A DNA stretch of 64,000 nucleotides from Chlorokybus atmophyticus (GCA_009103225.1 RHPI01002714.1:4793-68792), one strand, 5' to 3'; numbered from the stretch's first letter, positions 24,738 through 36,900 are shown. Translations and numbers: made by a program. The notes: generated from the sequence alone by a model not told the origin.

Positions 24738-25160
24738 TCAACTCACTTTGTTGTTGTGATCATCTTGGACTGTGGACTTGCCGCGACCGTTGCGCGCGAG
24801 CTGACGTCGCACCACATCACACTCCTGCCCATCCTTATATGCTCTAGGCCGGGCCCAAGGCAGGTGATCCATGGGCTCGCCGTCCCACTCAAACTTGGAA
24901 AGCGAGCATTGCAGGCAAGTGCATTCCTCGACAAAGAAGTTTGGCTTCATGCATTTTGCTAGAAGCCTGCACTGCCTCACATTATCTCCCCGGGCCTTAT
25001 GGTGCCAGCAGGCTTCATAGAAGCCATACTGCTCACTGTACAGCTTGCACTTCTCTTCATGCTGTTGCAGCCGTTTCAAGTTGCCGATTTCTATCCAAGT
25101 ATGCTCTGCAGAAACTGCACACCTTGACGCCGCGCATATTGCCGCCACGCAACTTACCAT
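24738..25160 (-). CDS. Unrecognised Cys/His-rich domain (E1 copy)
   Basis: ACWHH-x8-CRL..C..PNFF..CTCLQCS..FEWDGEPM..PW; clear homologue at 49838-50413. Confidence 0.7.
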   Translation of the reverse strand: MVSCVAAICAASRCAVSAEHTWIEIGNLKRLQQHEEKCKLYSEQYGFYEACWHHKARGDNVRQCRLLAKCMKPNFFVEECTCLQCSLSKFEWDGEPMDHLPWARPRAYKDGQECDVVRRQLARNGRGKSTVQDDHNNKVS

Positions 25161-25426
25161 TCAAACCCTAGTAGCTGATGCACTTCACGGAAGAAAAACT
25201 GGAGCACGTACGAAAATTACGGAGCACATCCGGACTGAAGCCGCGGCTTATACTGGATCTAGGTTTCAATAGGATTGACGGTTCCAAACCCCAGTTCTAC
25301 AACAGCGTTGCTAGAGCAGCGGCGAAGGCGGCGGTATCAGCGGCGGCGGCGGCGGTATCAGGTCAGGGCTCTAGATAGTTTGGTGGTTGTATGCCAGGAT
25401 AATAGTTGACTAAACATCTTTGTAGC

Positions 25427-28400
25427 ATGAGCTACAATCGCAGGTGTTTCTGCGATGATTGCCAAGGGAGCAAAGTGTTCACACACAAGCACATCACTAG
25501 GGCCAAAAACCATGAGTACCATGGCACAAGGATGTGGATGGGCACTTCTAAAGCTGTTGAACCGCAATACCGTGATCTTCTCGAACCCGATGAACTTGAA
25601 GAAGCTGACGCTGTTATTGCTGCTGCATCCTCGCACATGCTGTCAGGTACAAGAGTAATGTTCCTGAGTTGGTGTACTTCATCAACAGGCTGTCTGATTA
25701 CCAAGCTTGTCTGCTTCAGATGATGCTGTCCATCACACTGAAACACTTCATGCATGGAACTACGCTGCTGAACAACTGCACCCAGCCACGCCATTGCAAA
25801 CGAGTGTTGCATCCCATGTCAATGTTGCACATCACATGCGCCCAGCAGGTACGACGTATTCTAATTGCAAGTTGATTGCTTACGTCATTGTCCATGTGCC
25901 AGTGCATTTATTCGCGTTGGCAGGATGTCATCCGTGTAATCATGAGGAACAGAGCGAATTGCACCCAGCATTCTCTGGAAGTGAGCATCCTGTATTGCGA
26001 GGACATCAAGGTGCCAGAACTTCAAAATACACAGTTCCGAACGAGCATGATATGCCAGCGCACTCCCCCTCAACCGCTGATCAAGTACATGCGGAGCAAG
26101 TTGATGGTGATGGCGTAGAACAAGACTCCGATACCTCTGTGGAGTCGCAGCAGTATGACACTCATGGTGATGACGATGCAATGCTGCTTGACAAGGTGAA
26201 TGCTGCGCTGTTGGACAATGCAAGCAACCCTATCGTTGCCGGCTCTCGTACAACCCCCTTGGGCATTTCCATGCTGCTATTGGTTCTCGCTCAGCTACAT
26301 CGAATACCCTTCAACTTCATGAACAAACTGCTAAGGTTGGTGGACAAGAGGTTTGCAAAATTATACAAAACACATTCTGCAAAGACATCAATGTCCAATT
26401 TCCAATTGAGCTTGACTTTGTGTGCCAGGTTGGTGCGTGATGTTGTTTTGCCCAAGGAGAATCAGATGCCAGGCAGCATGCAAGAGCTACTGAAATGCGT
26501 TGCAAGCCTCAACATGGGCTTCCACGCGTATGACGCCTGTTGGTGTGACCAGATGGTGTATTATGGCCGACATGCCAACAGGAAATTCTGCAAAGGTCAG
26601 CTATTGCAGCATTTCTTGTGTGATTGAGTTGTCATGGGATCACCTGTCAGCATGCAAACTTCCTATGGCCTGCAGTCTGCAAGGCTCCTCGCCACCGCAA
26701 TATTGGAGGTCGACAAGTTCCTTGGAAGATTGCACGTTACTTTGACGTGCCTGCTGCTTTGAGGTCTCTTTACCTTAAGCCTAGTGTCGCTTTGGAGATT
26801 ACAGAGCACACCAATCGCAGTGAGGATGGGGTTATACGATCCATACACGGTATGTATATGGCAGTGTGGATTGACAAGTTGATGCCCAATGTAGCCTGAA
26901 TTCTTATATGTTTATTATTATTCATGTGGTTGCTGCTGTCAGACTCGCCAATGTTCAAGCATACAGAAGAACGCTACATCCGGTTTATTAAAGAACCGCG
27001 TAATGTGCGGCTGGCAATGTTTATTAACGGGATGAGCCTTTTCAAAGATCCGCACAAAGGTAGTGATTGTGCCTTTTACCTGTGCTGTCATTGCAGTGTG
27101 GAAATTCACAGTTGGCATTGATTGAGGTGTTTGTGGACTTGCAGGGACTTATGAATTTTGGCTTGTCACAATCTCTGTGCTGAACCTGCCCATTGCCAGA
27201 ATGCACAAAACCGACACTACCTTTCTAGCTGCGGTGATACCTGGTCCCAAACAGCCAGAGAATCTACAGGCCTATCTCAAGCCAATCATTGACCAATTGG
27301 GAACCCTTTGGGAAGGTATGGTTTCAATATAGTTTGAATAAGCCAGCTCTCAAAAAATTGGACATGCTCTCAAACTGCTCTGGATTGGAATGTGTAGGGC
27401 ATCTCAGCTGCTGATGTTTGTTGTAAGCATCGACATATATGACAGCCACCGCGACGAAGTTTTCCGGTGCAGATCTATCTTGGAGATTGTAATCCATGAT
27501 TACCCAGGTACGCAAGCAGCAAGTGTTGGCCATCAGTGTCCATGAATGTACTATCTGACTGGTATGGCAACCATGTTTGCCTTCTCTGAAACATGTAATG
27601 ATGGTTGCGCAGCTCTGGCAAAAGCAGCTATGTAGATGAGATGGCTCATGGAGCCAGCTTTGGCTGTTCCAAATGCGAGTGCAGTGGAGAACATGTTGAA
27701 CTCCTTAAAAAGGTGATTTATCAAGGCTACCGCCGGTACTTACCAGATGACCATCCCTACCGAGTTGATGAGCGTTGGCCCCAACCAGAACACAGACCTC
27801 CACCTCCCATGCGAACTGCAGAAAGTGTGTACCGGTGAGCAATCAATCAATTGACATAGCTGAACGTAGCTATGTCAATCAAGCATCACCAATGGATGCC
27901 ATGTGATCAGGTACGCCATGACATCCCGCAACAGCAGCGACCACTTCATTCCAAGAAACATCCTTCAAAGTCCTCCAGAATCCTTGGCCTAAGCTGTTTT
28001 CACGACCTTCCCTATTGGATGCCTTTACAAAAATCTATAAAAGGTCATGTGATTGGCCCTATGCACATTTTTGCCAATCTCGCAACCAATTTGGCCAATC
28101 TGCTTGCTGGATTGCGCGACAGCAATGAGACTTGAGAAGATCTGCAGCAGCAAGGTCGTATGCCAGAACTCTGGCTACAGGTATTGCAGGCTTATGCGAC
28201 ACTTGATGACTGCCTGCCAACTCGTGTGACTTTGTGATGATGCGTTGCAGACAGAGATGATGGCGAAAGACGGAAAGGAAGTTGCAGTTAAGGTCAAACC
28301 TCAGGCTCCATGGGCAATCACGGATGCAGGGCTGGTTGAGCAATTACTCTCAGGCGTGAGGGTTCCAAGCATTTTACACACACAACTCTAAGCTGCAATC

Positions 28401-29950
28401 TTTCACCAAGCATTTAGGTGAGACAACCACCATGGTTCTCAACTGCGAGCAAATCAACTCAGTGTCCTTGCATTGCACATTGTGTCTACTTAACAATCTG
28501 ATGTAGTGAGCACACAGGCTCGATGAAATCGCACGACAAGCACATCTTGTGGTCCGTGATTTTCCAGTACGTGCTGTGCTCTGCTCATGACATTGGAGAA
28601 GATCAGAAGAAAACAATCCTCAAACTTTGCGACATCTATCAGCGGCTGACTGCATTGGAAGTGAAGCAGTCACACCTTGAAGAACTGCAGGTTAGGGCTT
28701 TAACTATACCTTCCATGTGTATGCTTAGCTTCTACAGGTTGCATGACTTGCGTTATTCATCGCAGGTGCTGGTGCATGAGGCACAGTCTGAGGTGGAGCT
28801 GCTCTTCCCGCGGACTTCACTCACAATGATGCTGCACCTCCTTGGCCATCTACCAGAGCAATGCATGTGGCTTGGTCCGGTGCGCGATCACTGGGAGTGG
28901 GCCGACGAACGATTTATGCAGTGGGTGAAGCGCATGATTTTTGCCAAGCAGCATGTGGAAGCAAGCATCTGCAAAAGGCAAGTCTGGGCCAACTAAAAGT
29001 TGCATGCAACCTTTTTTCGTACTCTCGTTCTTTGACTTGTGTTAAATGCAAGTTATGTCTGCAGATACTCCATCCATCTCATGTTGAACACTTACATGGA
29101 CACCTTGAAGAGGCTTTTCGTCGGCATCAGTTTGCGATCGGGCAAGGAGCGAGATGATGATGACTATGTCCTCTGCGGGCGCAGACACCGTGTTGAGTGT
29201 GAGAAAGATAGCAAGATCAGGCAGGAGCTGGAGTGGTGGTTGGCCGAAAATGACGATGAGTACAGGCAGCTAAAAGAGTAAGTTGCTTTAGCAATCGTTG
29301 TTTGGTACGCAATGTCCCCTGCATATTATGAGTCCACAATCGGTTGGTAAACAGAGAATTCAGTTGGGCTGTTCAAAAACGGCGGAAGACACGCGAAAAG
29401 GCCCAAGCACAAGGGAATCTCGTGACCAGTGACATGGAGCACATGATTGAGCTGCATCATTGGCGTGGACCTGATAGGGAGCTTACATAACACGAGATGG
29501 AGTTGTTGAGTGGTCCCATTTTTCCAAAGTACATCATGAGGTACTACAGAGCGCGCTACAAGGACATTGGCCAGTTCAGAGCAGAGGACACTGAGAAGAA
29601 GCTCCGCACTATGGACTGCGGAGTGTTTACCGTTGGGCGTGACTCAAATGACCCAACCAAGAAGATCCACTCGTATGGCAGGGTGCAGTCTTTTTATGTT
29701 GTCGTGGTAGCCGGTTGGGAGTACCAACTCCTCAGAGCGAGGTGGTACATGAGCAACCAGGTGCAGCACATGGGAGGCTTTGCAATTATGAGAAAAGACA
29801 AGCCCCGCTTTGCAGAACAAACCTACCTTGATTGCAACCTAGTTAGTAGGTGTGTTGCAGCAGTTTTTGCGAATTGATGACTGAGTGAGATTGGGTGATA
29901 CATGTCCTTGCTGGCAGGTCAAGGGCCAGTGGTTTGAGGGTATTAACCCG
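25427..29950 (+). pseudogene. CACTA/EnSpm Tnp2-family transposase, multi-exon (CxCxxC N-terminus, Tnp2 core, DUF4218-like and DUF4216-like regions), inactivated
   Basis: CFCDDC; HAYDAC; RYFDVPAALRSLY; PRNVRLAMF; LNLP..AVIPGPKQPENLQAYLKPIIDQLGTLWEG; HDYP; YRRYLPDDHPYR; MKSHD; MLHLLGHLPEQ..GPV..W..ER; YGRVQSFY..LRARWY. Stops and a frameshift are present. Confidence 0.9.
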
Positions 29951-30284
29951 TATTACACCAAAATAATAGTAGCGCTTGTCAAAGACAGGCGAAGCCTCAT
30001 GCGCCAAGGTGTGCACCGCGACACTCCCGTGAGAGCAGATTTGTTTGTGAGAATCTGAGTGTCCTCATAGTTCCCGGGTCTTGGCATCACATACAACCAT
30101 CTTGTGTACATGCACATGGTGCAGGGTGACCATAGCGAAACCAACAGCGCTTCGAGCGAGGTGTCATGGACCACACGCCGTGACTAGCATTTTGAGTACA
30201 TGAGGTACTCTTTGCTATTGTGATGCTGCATATACCTACTGTTGTGTGACTGCAGATCTGGGCACCTGACCTTGGTTTGCAGGA

Positions 30285-30640
30285 TGAGACCGGGGCTAGA
30301 GCTGGATGCATTGGAGAAGCGTGAACACGAAGACTATTGCTTTGTCTGCAAGGATGGCGGTAGCATATTCGGCTGTGATGCAGAAGGCTGCTGGAAGAGC
30401 TACCACGCACACTGCGTCACTGTACCACCTGTGGAAGATGACCATTGGGAATGCCCAAGGCACAAGTAAGCTTTAGTATCCAGTGAATGCATGGTGTCTG
30501 AAGTCGACAAGTTCTAAAATGATCACTGGAACGCAGGTGCCATGTGCACAGATGCAATGAACCAGCTCGACAAGTATGCGCGACATGCCCAAACAGCCTC
30601 TGCCAACGTCATGCTGTTGGTAACATCTTTTCGGTCACAT
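30285..30640 (+). CDS. NSD-type PHD finger plus C5HCH module (two exons)
   Basis: HEDYCFVCKDGGSIFGCDAEGCWKSYHAHC...WECPRHK|CHVHRCNEPARQVCATCPNSLCQRH. Confidence 0.8.
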
Positions 30641-30978
30641 GCTCGCAATGCGCTGCGTACGAAGAAGGTGGGGCTCCGGCACAGCTTTCAAAGGATAGCC
30701 TCGCGCGTCGTTCTCTGCCCGGCAGCAGCGGTAGGGTTTCACAACCATCGACTGAGAGCGTGGGTAAAAGCTTTGTTCAAGAGTGCGGGGATGAGGATAT
30801 GAGTGGTAAGCAGCAACGTGCTGGCGCTTCTTAGTTTGCGTTGCGGCGCTTATTGCATAATCCTACCTTTTTACGCTGCAGAGCCAGTCCCGATGGAACT
30901 TGATGATGAGGATGCCAACGGGGAACGTCGCTAGCACCCAATCAGGGAACCACGACGGCTGCAGCAGTCGTTGACCTC

Positions 30979-33900
30979 GTGGACATCGATGATGACATCA
31001 TGGTGCTGGACGGGTCAGGTGCTAAAGTTGAGGCGTCAACACTTGTGCCTCTGTTCATTTACCCTAGTGCAAATGCACGTGATGCGGTGCCACTGTTTGA
31101 AGCGGACAGAAAGTTGCTGGACGGCAGACAGGAGCTCAACGACACCGTGCTCCACTTCTTTTGCAGGTATGAGCCTTGCGTTGTTGGTGTTGTGCAGCTG
31201 TGTCATGTATGTGTCACGCACGCGCAGATATAAGGAAGAAGAGGTCGTGGGCAGAGCTGACGGCATTCACGTGAGGCTGTTCAACCCGCACTTCTACACC
31301 AAGATTGTGCATTGCCATGAACAACATAACTGGCACAATGGCAATCACAGGATAGATAGGTGGGCGAAAGATCCGTTTTCCAAGAACTTGCTGGCAGCAA
31401 TTGTCAACCCACACAGCCGGTGAGAGTGAAGCCAAGTTCTCGCACTGCAGTGCTGCTGTACTTGCTCGCATGGACTCACTTTGAAGTCTGCATGCCACAG
31501 GACTCACTGGAGTCTGCTGCTGGTGTGCAATCCTGGAGGGAAACTTGAAAGCAACACGCCGCCCTTGATCGTCCATCTCGACTCCCTTGGTCTACATCGC
31601 AACGTCGACGGACCAATGCGCGCGTATCTAAACTATATGTGGGGCAGGAAGCATGGAAGTGAGTCGCAACAGCGCTTCTCTCCCGCAAACGTCCCGTTAC
31701 TTGATCCACAGGTAGGACATATTGTTTTGGCCTGGTGATGAGGTCACGCCCTGTAACGGGAGCAATAATAATAGGGGTATTATTGCTACCTAAATAACAC
31801 ATTTTGTATGAATAAGTATTTAAATATGCTTATTTATACCTCTTTTCTACGGTTCCTCGCTTATTAAAGGCTATGATGCTTTATCATAGCTTAAATAAGT
31901 CCCAATGGGTGTAGAACCGCTTATTCAAGCCTATTTAGTGTCACATTTGATATAATGTGATCACTATCTCGTTAGGTACCTTACGATAGGTATCTTTGGA
32001 TAGGTACCTTATCGATAGGTACCTTATCTGAGCTGTGATTGGCTCACGCTAGATTTCCTAACTACCCTATCTGTAGGGTCGATGTCTAGTTGTGAGTTAA
32101 TTATCGAGAGGTATATAATTGATATACTCTTGATATAAACGGTCACATCAATCTGATGTGGGGACTTTTCAGTTCTCTGCTCAGGGGCGGCCACGCCGTC
32201 GAAAGGCTTGTCATAGGCGGTGTGGGTGTTGGGGTAGAGGATTGAAGGGGCATCACCGGCGACGGTGGTGCTGTTACATTGGTATCGGAGCTGGGGGGTG
32301 ACGTGGGTACTTATAGGGGGCGGCGACCTGCTTTCGGCCAATCAGAAGCGTCGGCGGCGGCCTCCTATTCGTCCACGCAGCCCAAGCTTCAAGTTCGCTT
32401 CCCTGCGCTACCTCCACGTTGAAGCCACCTATTAAAGAGGCGGCCTCTCCACGTGTGAGGTACCATCACACGTCGGTGACTTGCCTGCTTGCCTGCTTGT
32501 CAGCTGCTTGCCAGGTGCTTGCCAGGTGCACGTGTGTACTTTCATGCACATCACACAGTGGCTTGCCAGTGCACTATCATTACTTGCAGTGATTGCCTGT
32601 CATTGCTTGCAGTGATTGCCTGTCATTGCATGCGGTGATTGCTTGTCATTGTGCTTGCCAGTGCATGTCACAGTTGGTCACCGTGCGGCTTGCCTGTTGC
32701 ATGCCTGTGGCTTGCCTGTTGCATGCCTGTGACGTACCTGTGACCTGCCAGCGGCTTTGCCGGGTCGTTTGACCCGGGTCCGTAAGTTCCAAACCAAACT
32801 GTTCCCAAACCCTCCCCCTCTGGCTTCGGCCTGGAGATCGGGACTTGGTTAGGACAGTTGTGGGGAGGTTCTAGGACAATCTGTTCCCAAACCCTGTTAG
32901 TCTGAAACCCTCCCCCTCTGGCTTCGGCCTGGAGATTGGGACTTGGTTGAGGACAACACAGGGTTAGGACATTCTGGTCCCACTCAGACTTGTTCTGTTT
33001 GGTGACACTCCAGATTCAACCTTTCCTATTTTGGGACTGGTTTGGACTCTGTTTGGGACTTTTACAACTTGGGGTCATTTTGATCCTCTCGTTGAACCTG
33101 GTCCATTGGTGAGGTTCTCACCATCCCATTCTGCCTGTTTTGCAGGCAAATGGAAGAAAACTCGGTGCCCACCTCAAAAGGGGAGAGCTCGGAAAAAGAG
33201 CAACCTTCCCGTGAGGAGGAATTTCCATCCATGGAAGATATTCCGAATCCGGATGATGCACCTGATGAGTCTCAAGCTGCTAAAGCTGCGGAAGCTTCAG
33301 TGGATGATAGATCACCTTCTATATTCCCTGAGTTTTCTATTCGCATGACACAGCAGGACTTGATGGAGCATTTCCTTAGCACCTATGATCAGGACCCTCG
33401 TGAGGCAATTGTCTCATTCGTGAACTTTCTCTTCCTATTGGCAGAAAAAGTTTCAAAGCTCACCACCTTTATGGGGCGAGATTGGGAGGGGCAGATGGGT
33501 GAAGGCAAACGTGTTCTGAATATGATCGAGCGTCTGCAGCGTGCTGACGGTGGTCCACCTGTTCAAGCACTTGCTCGTCCTGCCGAGTTTGTTCCCAACA
33601 AGCAAGCGGCCATCTTCGACTGGCTTGTGAAGTTGCGACACTATGTCAACTCCCTTCACATTTCTGAGGAGGGGAAATTGCGTGTAGCTGAGTTGCTGAT
33701 CCCAAACGATGCTTTGGCAGAGTGGTACCGCCGTAAGCAACGGGATACCAACCTCGGGCGGGAAGTAAATCAGTTGTGCTTTTTCATGGAGCAGCGCTAT
33801 GGTGGCGCAGATCCTGCCCAGGTTGCTCGCAACCAGCTGCACAACCTGCGTCAGAACGGGCGTCCGGTTCAGCAGTATATCCAGGATTTTCAGTCGTTTG

Positions 33901-36900
33901 TCAGCAAGATCAATGCTGGCAAACTACCTATCAGTGATGCTGATCAGCTGGATATGTTCAGGCGTGGCTTGGACACAGATCTCGTGCAGCATGTGGCCGT
34001 CAACCCCGCGAGTTTGCAAGAGTGGGCCTCGACGGATTTACCAATGCTGATGCAGATGGTTGCTGCTGTGGACAGTGTAAAACGCTCTCACGCCAACATG
34101 CAAACCACGGCAAAAGAGGCAGCCCCGGTTTCAGCTGCAAAGCGCCCGGCCACTGGCAACAAACCTTTTGTGAAAAAGGCGAAACCATCTCATCCTGCTG
34201 GCCCCTACAATGCGGCCAAATCCATCATCACTTGCAGTTTCTGCAAGAAGACAGGTCATGGGGAGGCTACGTGCTATGCAAAACAGAATGCACAGAAGGC
34301 CAAGCAGCAGAGAGAAAAGAAATAGGAATTGTCCGTGGTTGGTAGCTTAGTCGAGCAGAACGACTTTAAAAACTCTGTACTTCTTGATAAAGTTTCCTCT
34401 CTTTGCGATGTATCAGATGTATGGACTGATATGAGCACACCACCTGTGTTGAGAAATGCAAACGGTTGTGTTTTAATCAATGTTCCATTCTCTGAATTAG
34501 TAACTGCTGTTAAGCACTTACACGAGTTGCAATTACAACATGCTGTCACTGCATGTGTAGTTATCCCTCGATATCATGGCCCGTGGTCGCGATTGTTGAA
34601 AGGGGGAGAAGTAATCATGCAACTCTCACGCAAAGATACAGGAGCTTCACCGTTGCAAGTGATCTTTATCAAGTCTGCTACCAATCACGGCACTCCGACA
34701 TTAGCTACATTTGATGGTCACTCAGTGCCACTCAAATGGAGATTTGAGAGTCAACTTATGGGTACACCATGTACAGCATTGATTGATACTGGTGCAAACC
34801 ATAACTTTGTTGAACATGCTTGGGTGAAACGTAATAACATTCCTTTCACACCAGTCACGTCATATGTACGTGCTGCTGGTTCCACTCTCAATGCAATGGG
34901 AGAGGTAAAAGGGCGTTTTGTTATTAATGGCCATATAACCCGACCAGCCTTCATCGTGGTGGATATTGGTATCCCCGGGGTGGATGTTGTTTTAGGGGAA
35001 CAATGGCACACTGAAGCAGGTTTACAATCAGACTCTCGAGCCAATACGTGCACCCTTCGTAAAGGGAAACGTAGGATGACTTTAACAGCATCTGTACTCG
35101 CACGTATACCTCGCGATAATGTTCCGCTCCTCTCTGCTATGCAATTGAAACGTTGCATGCGTAAACGTGAGGAAGTATACTTACTGCACTTACGACAGGT
35201 GGAAACACCTGCTGAACAGGCTATCAGTGACCCTGTGGTGCAGTCACTTACGGAACAATACGCAGATGTATTTCAGGATGAACTCCCAGAGTTGCCTCCC
35301 GATCGAAACATACATCATACCATTCCGTTAGAGGAGGGGGCAAAGCCACCTTGGCGGCCTATATACAGGCTAAGTCCCTTAGAACACGCGGAGATGGAAA
35401 AACAGCTCAAAGAGTTATTGGACAAAGGTTTAATAACAAAGAGCATATCTCCTTTTGGTGCACCAATTTTGTTTGTGCCCAAAAAGAATGGCAAGCTACG
35501 CATGTGTATTGATTACCGTGCGTTGAACAAGGTCACTGTGAAAAACAGATACCCTTTGCCTCGGATTGATGATTTGTTTGATAAGCTGTCAGGTGCAACA
35601 GTGTTCAGCACGCTGGATTTGACCAGTGGTTATCATCAAATCAAAATCCACCCGTCGGATATACAAAAAACTGCATTTCGCACCCCACTAGGACACTTTG
35701 AGTATAAAGTGTTACCATTTGGGTTAACAAATGCACCGGCTACATTTCAGACAGCAATGAACGCGGTATTTGCTGATGAATTGTACAAGTTTGTACTGGT
35801 ATATCTAGACGACATTATTGTGTTCAGCAAAACCCGGGAGGACCACCACAAACATGTGGAATTGGTTCTAGCTAGATTACGTGAACACAAATTCTATGCC
35901 AACCTGTCCAAATGCAACTTTGCAAAGGATGAACTACCCTTTTTAGGGCATGTGATTGGCAAAGAAGGATTGAAACCAGATCCTCAAAAGGTGTGTGCGG
36001 TAAAGGATTGGCCACCACCCAAGGATGTACATCAGTTACGTGCTTTCTTGGGGCTAGCCAATTATTTCCGCAAGTTCATGCGAGCATATTCTGGCATGGC
36101 AAATCCTTTAACATCTTTACTAAGAAAAGATGTTAAATTTGTGTGGACGGAGGCACACGAGGTTGCTTTTACACGCATTAAAGATGCATTAACACAAGCC
36201 CCTGTGTTAGCCTTCCCCGACCACACCAAGCCTTTTGTGGTGATCAGTGATGCTTCCACCATTGGGTGTGGAGCAGTCCTTCTACAAGATGACAGACCAT
36301 GTGCATATGAAAGCAGAAAGTTCATTCCTGCTGAACGTAATTACACAACCACTGAGCAGGAATTGCTCGGGGTGGTGCACGCGCTGCGCACATGGCGTTG
36401 CTACTTGGAAGGGGTGGAGTTTTCAGTGATTACTGATCACAACCCGCTCACATTCTTTCATACGCAACAAAATCTGTCGAGGCGGCAAGCTAGGTGGAAT
36501 GAATTCATTTCTCGTTTCACTTTCACTTGGCAATACCGTCCGGGTCGCACCAATGTGGCGGATCCACTAAGTCGCAGCCCTGCTCTTTTGGCACTTACGC
36601 GCTCTCGAAGTACGCGTAATGTACAACAGCCTGAAGATCCTTTCTTAAAGGAAGTGTCCACAGGTTATAACTCAGATGATTGGTTTAGCAGTCAAACCAA
36701 CTTGCAACAGCTTACTGCTGTTAGCAATCTGTGGTATAAAGGGGAGCAGTTGGCAATTCCCAACTCGGGCGACTTGCGTAAGCAATGCTTACATTCAGTG
36801 CATGACCCGCCGTATGCTGGGCATTTGGGGAAACACAAAACACTCAAATCTGCGCAACAGTTATACTGGTGGCCGTCAATGTCAGCTGACGTGGATCAAT

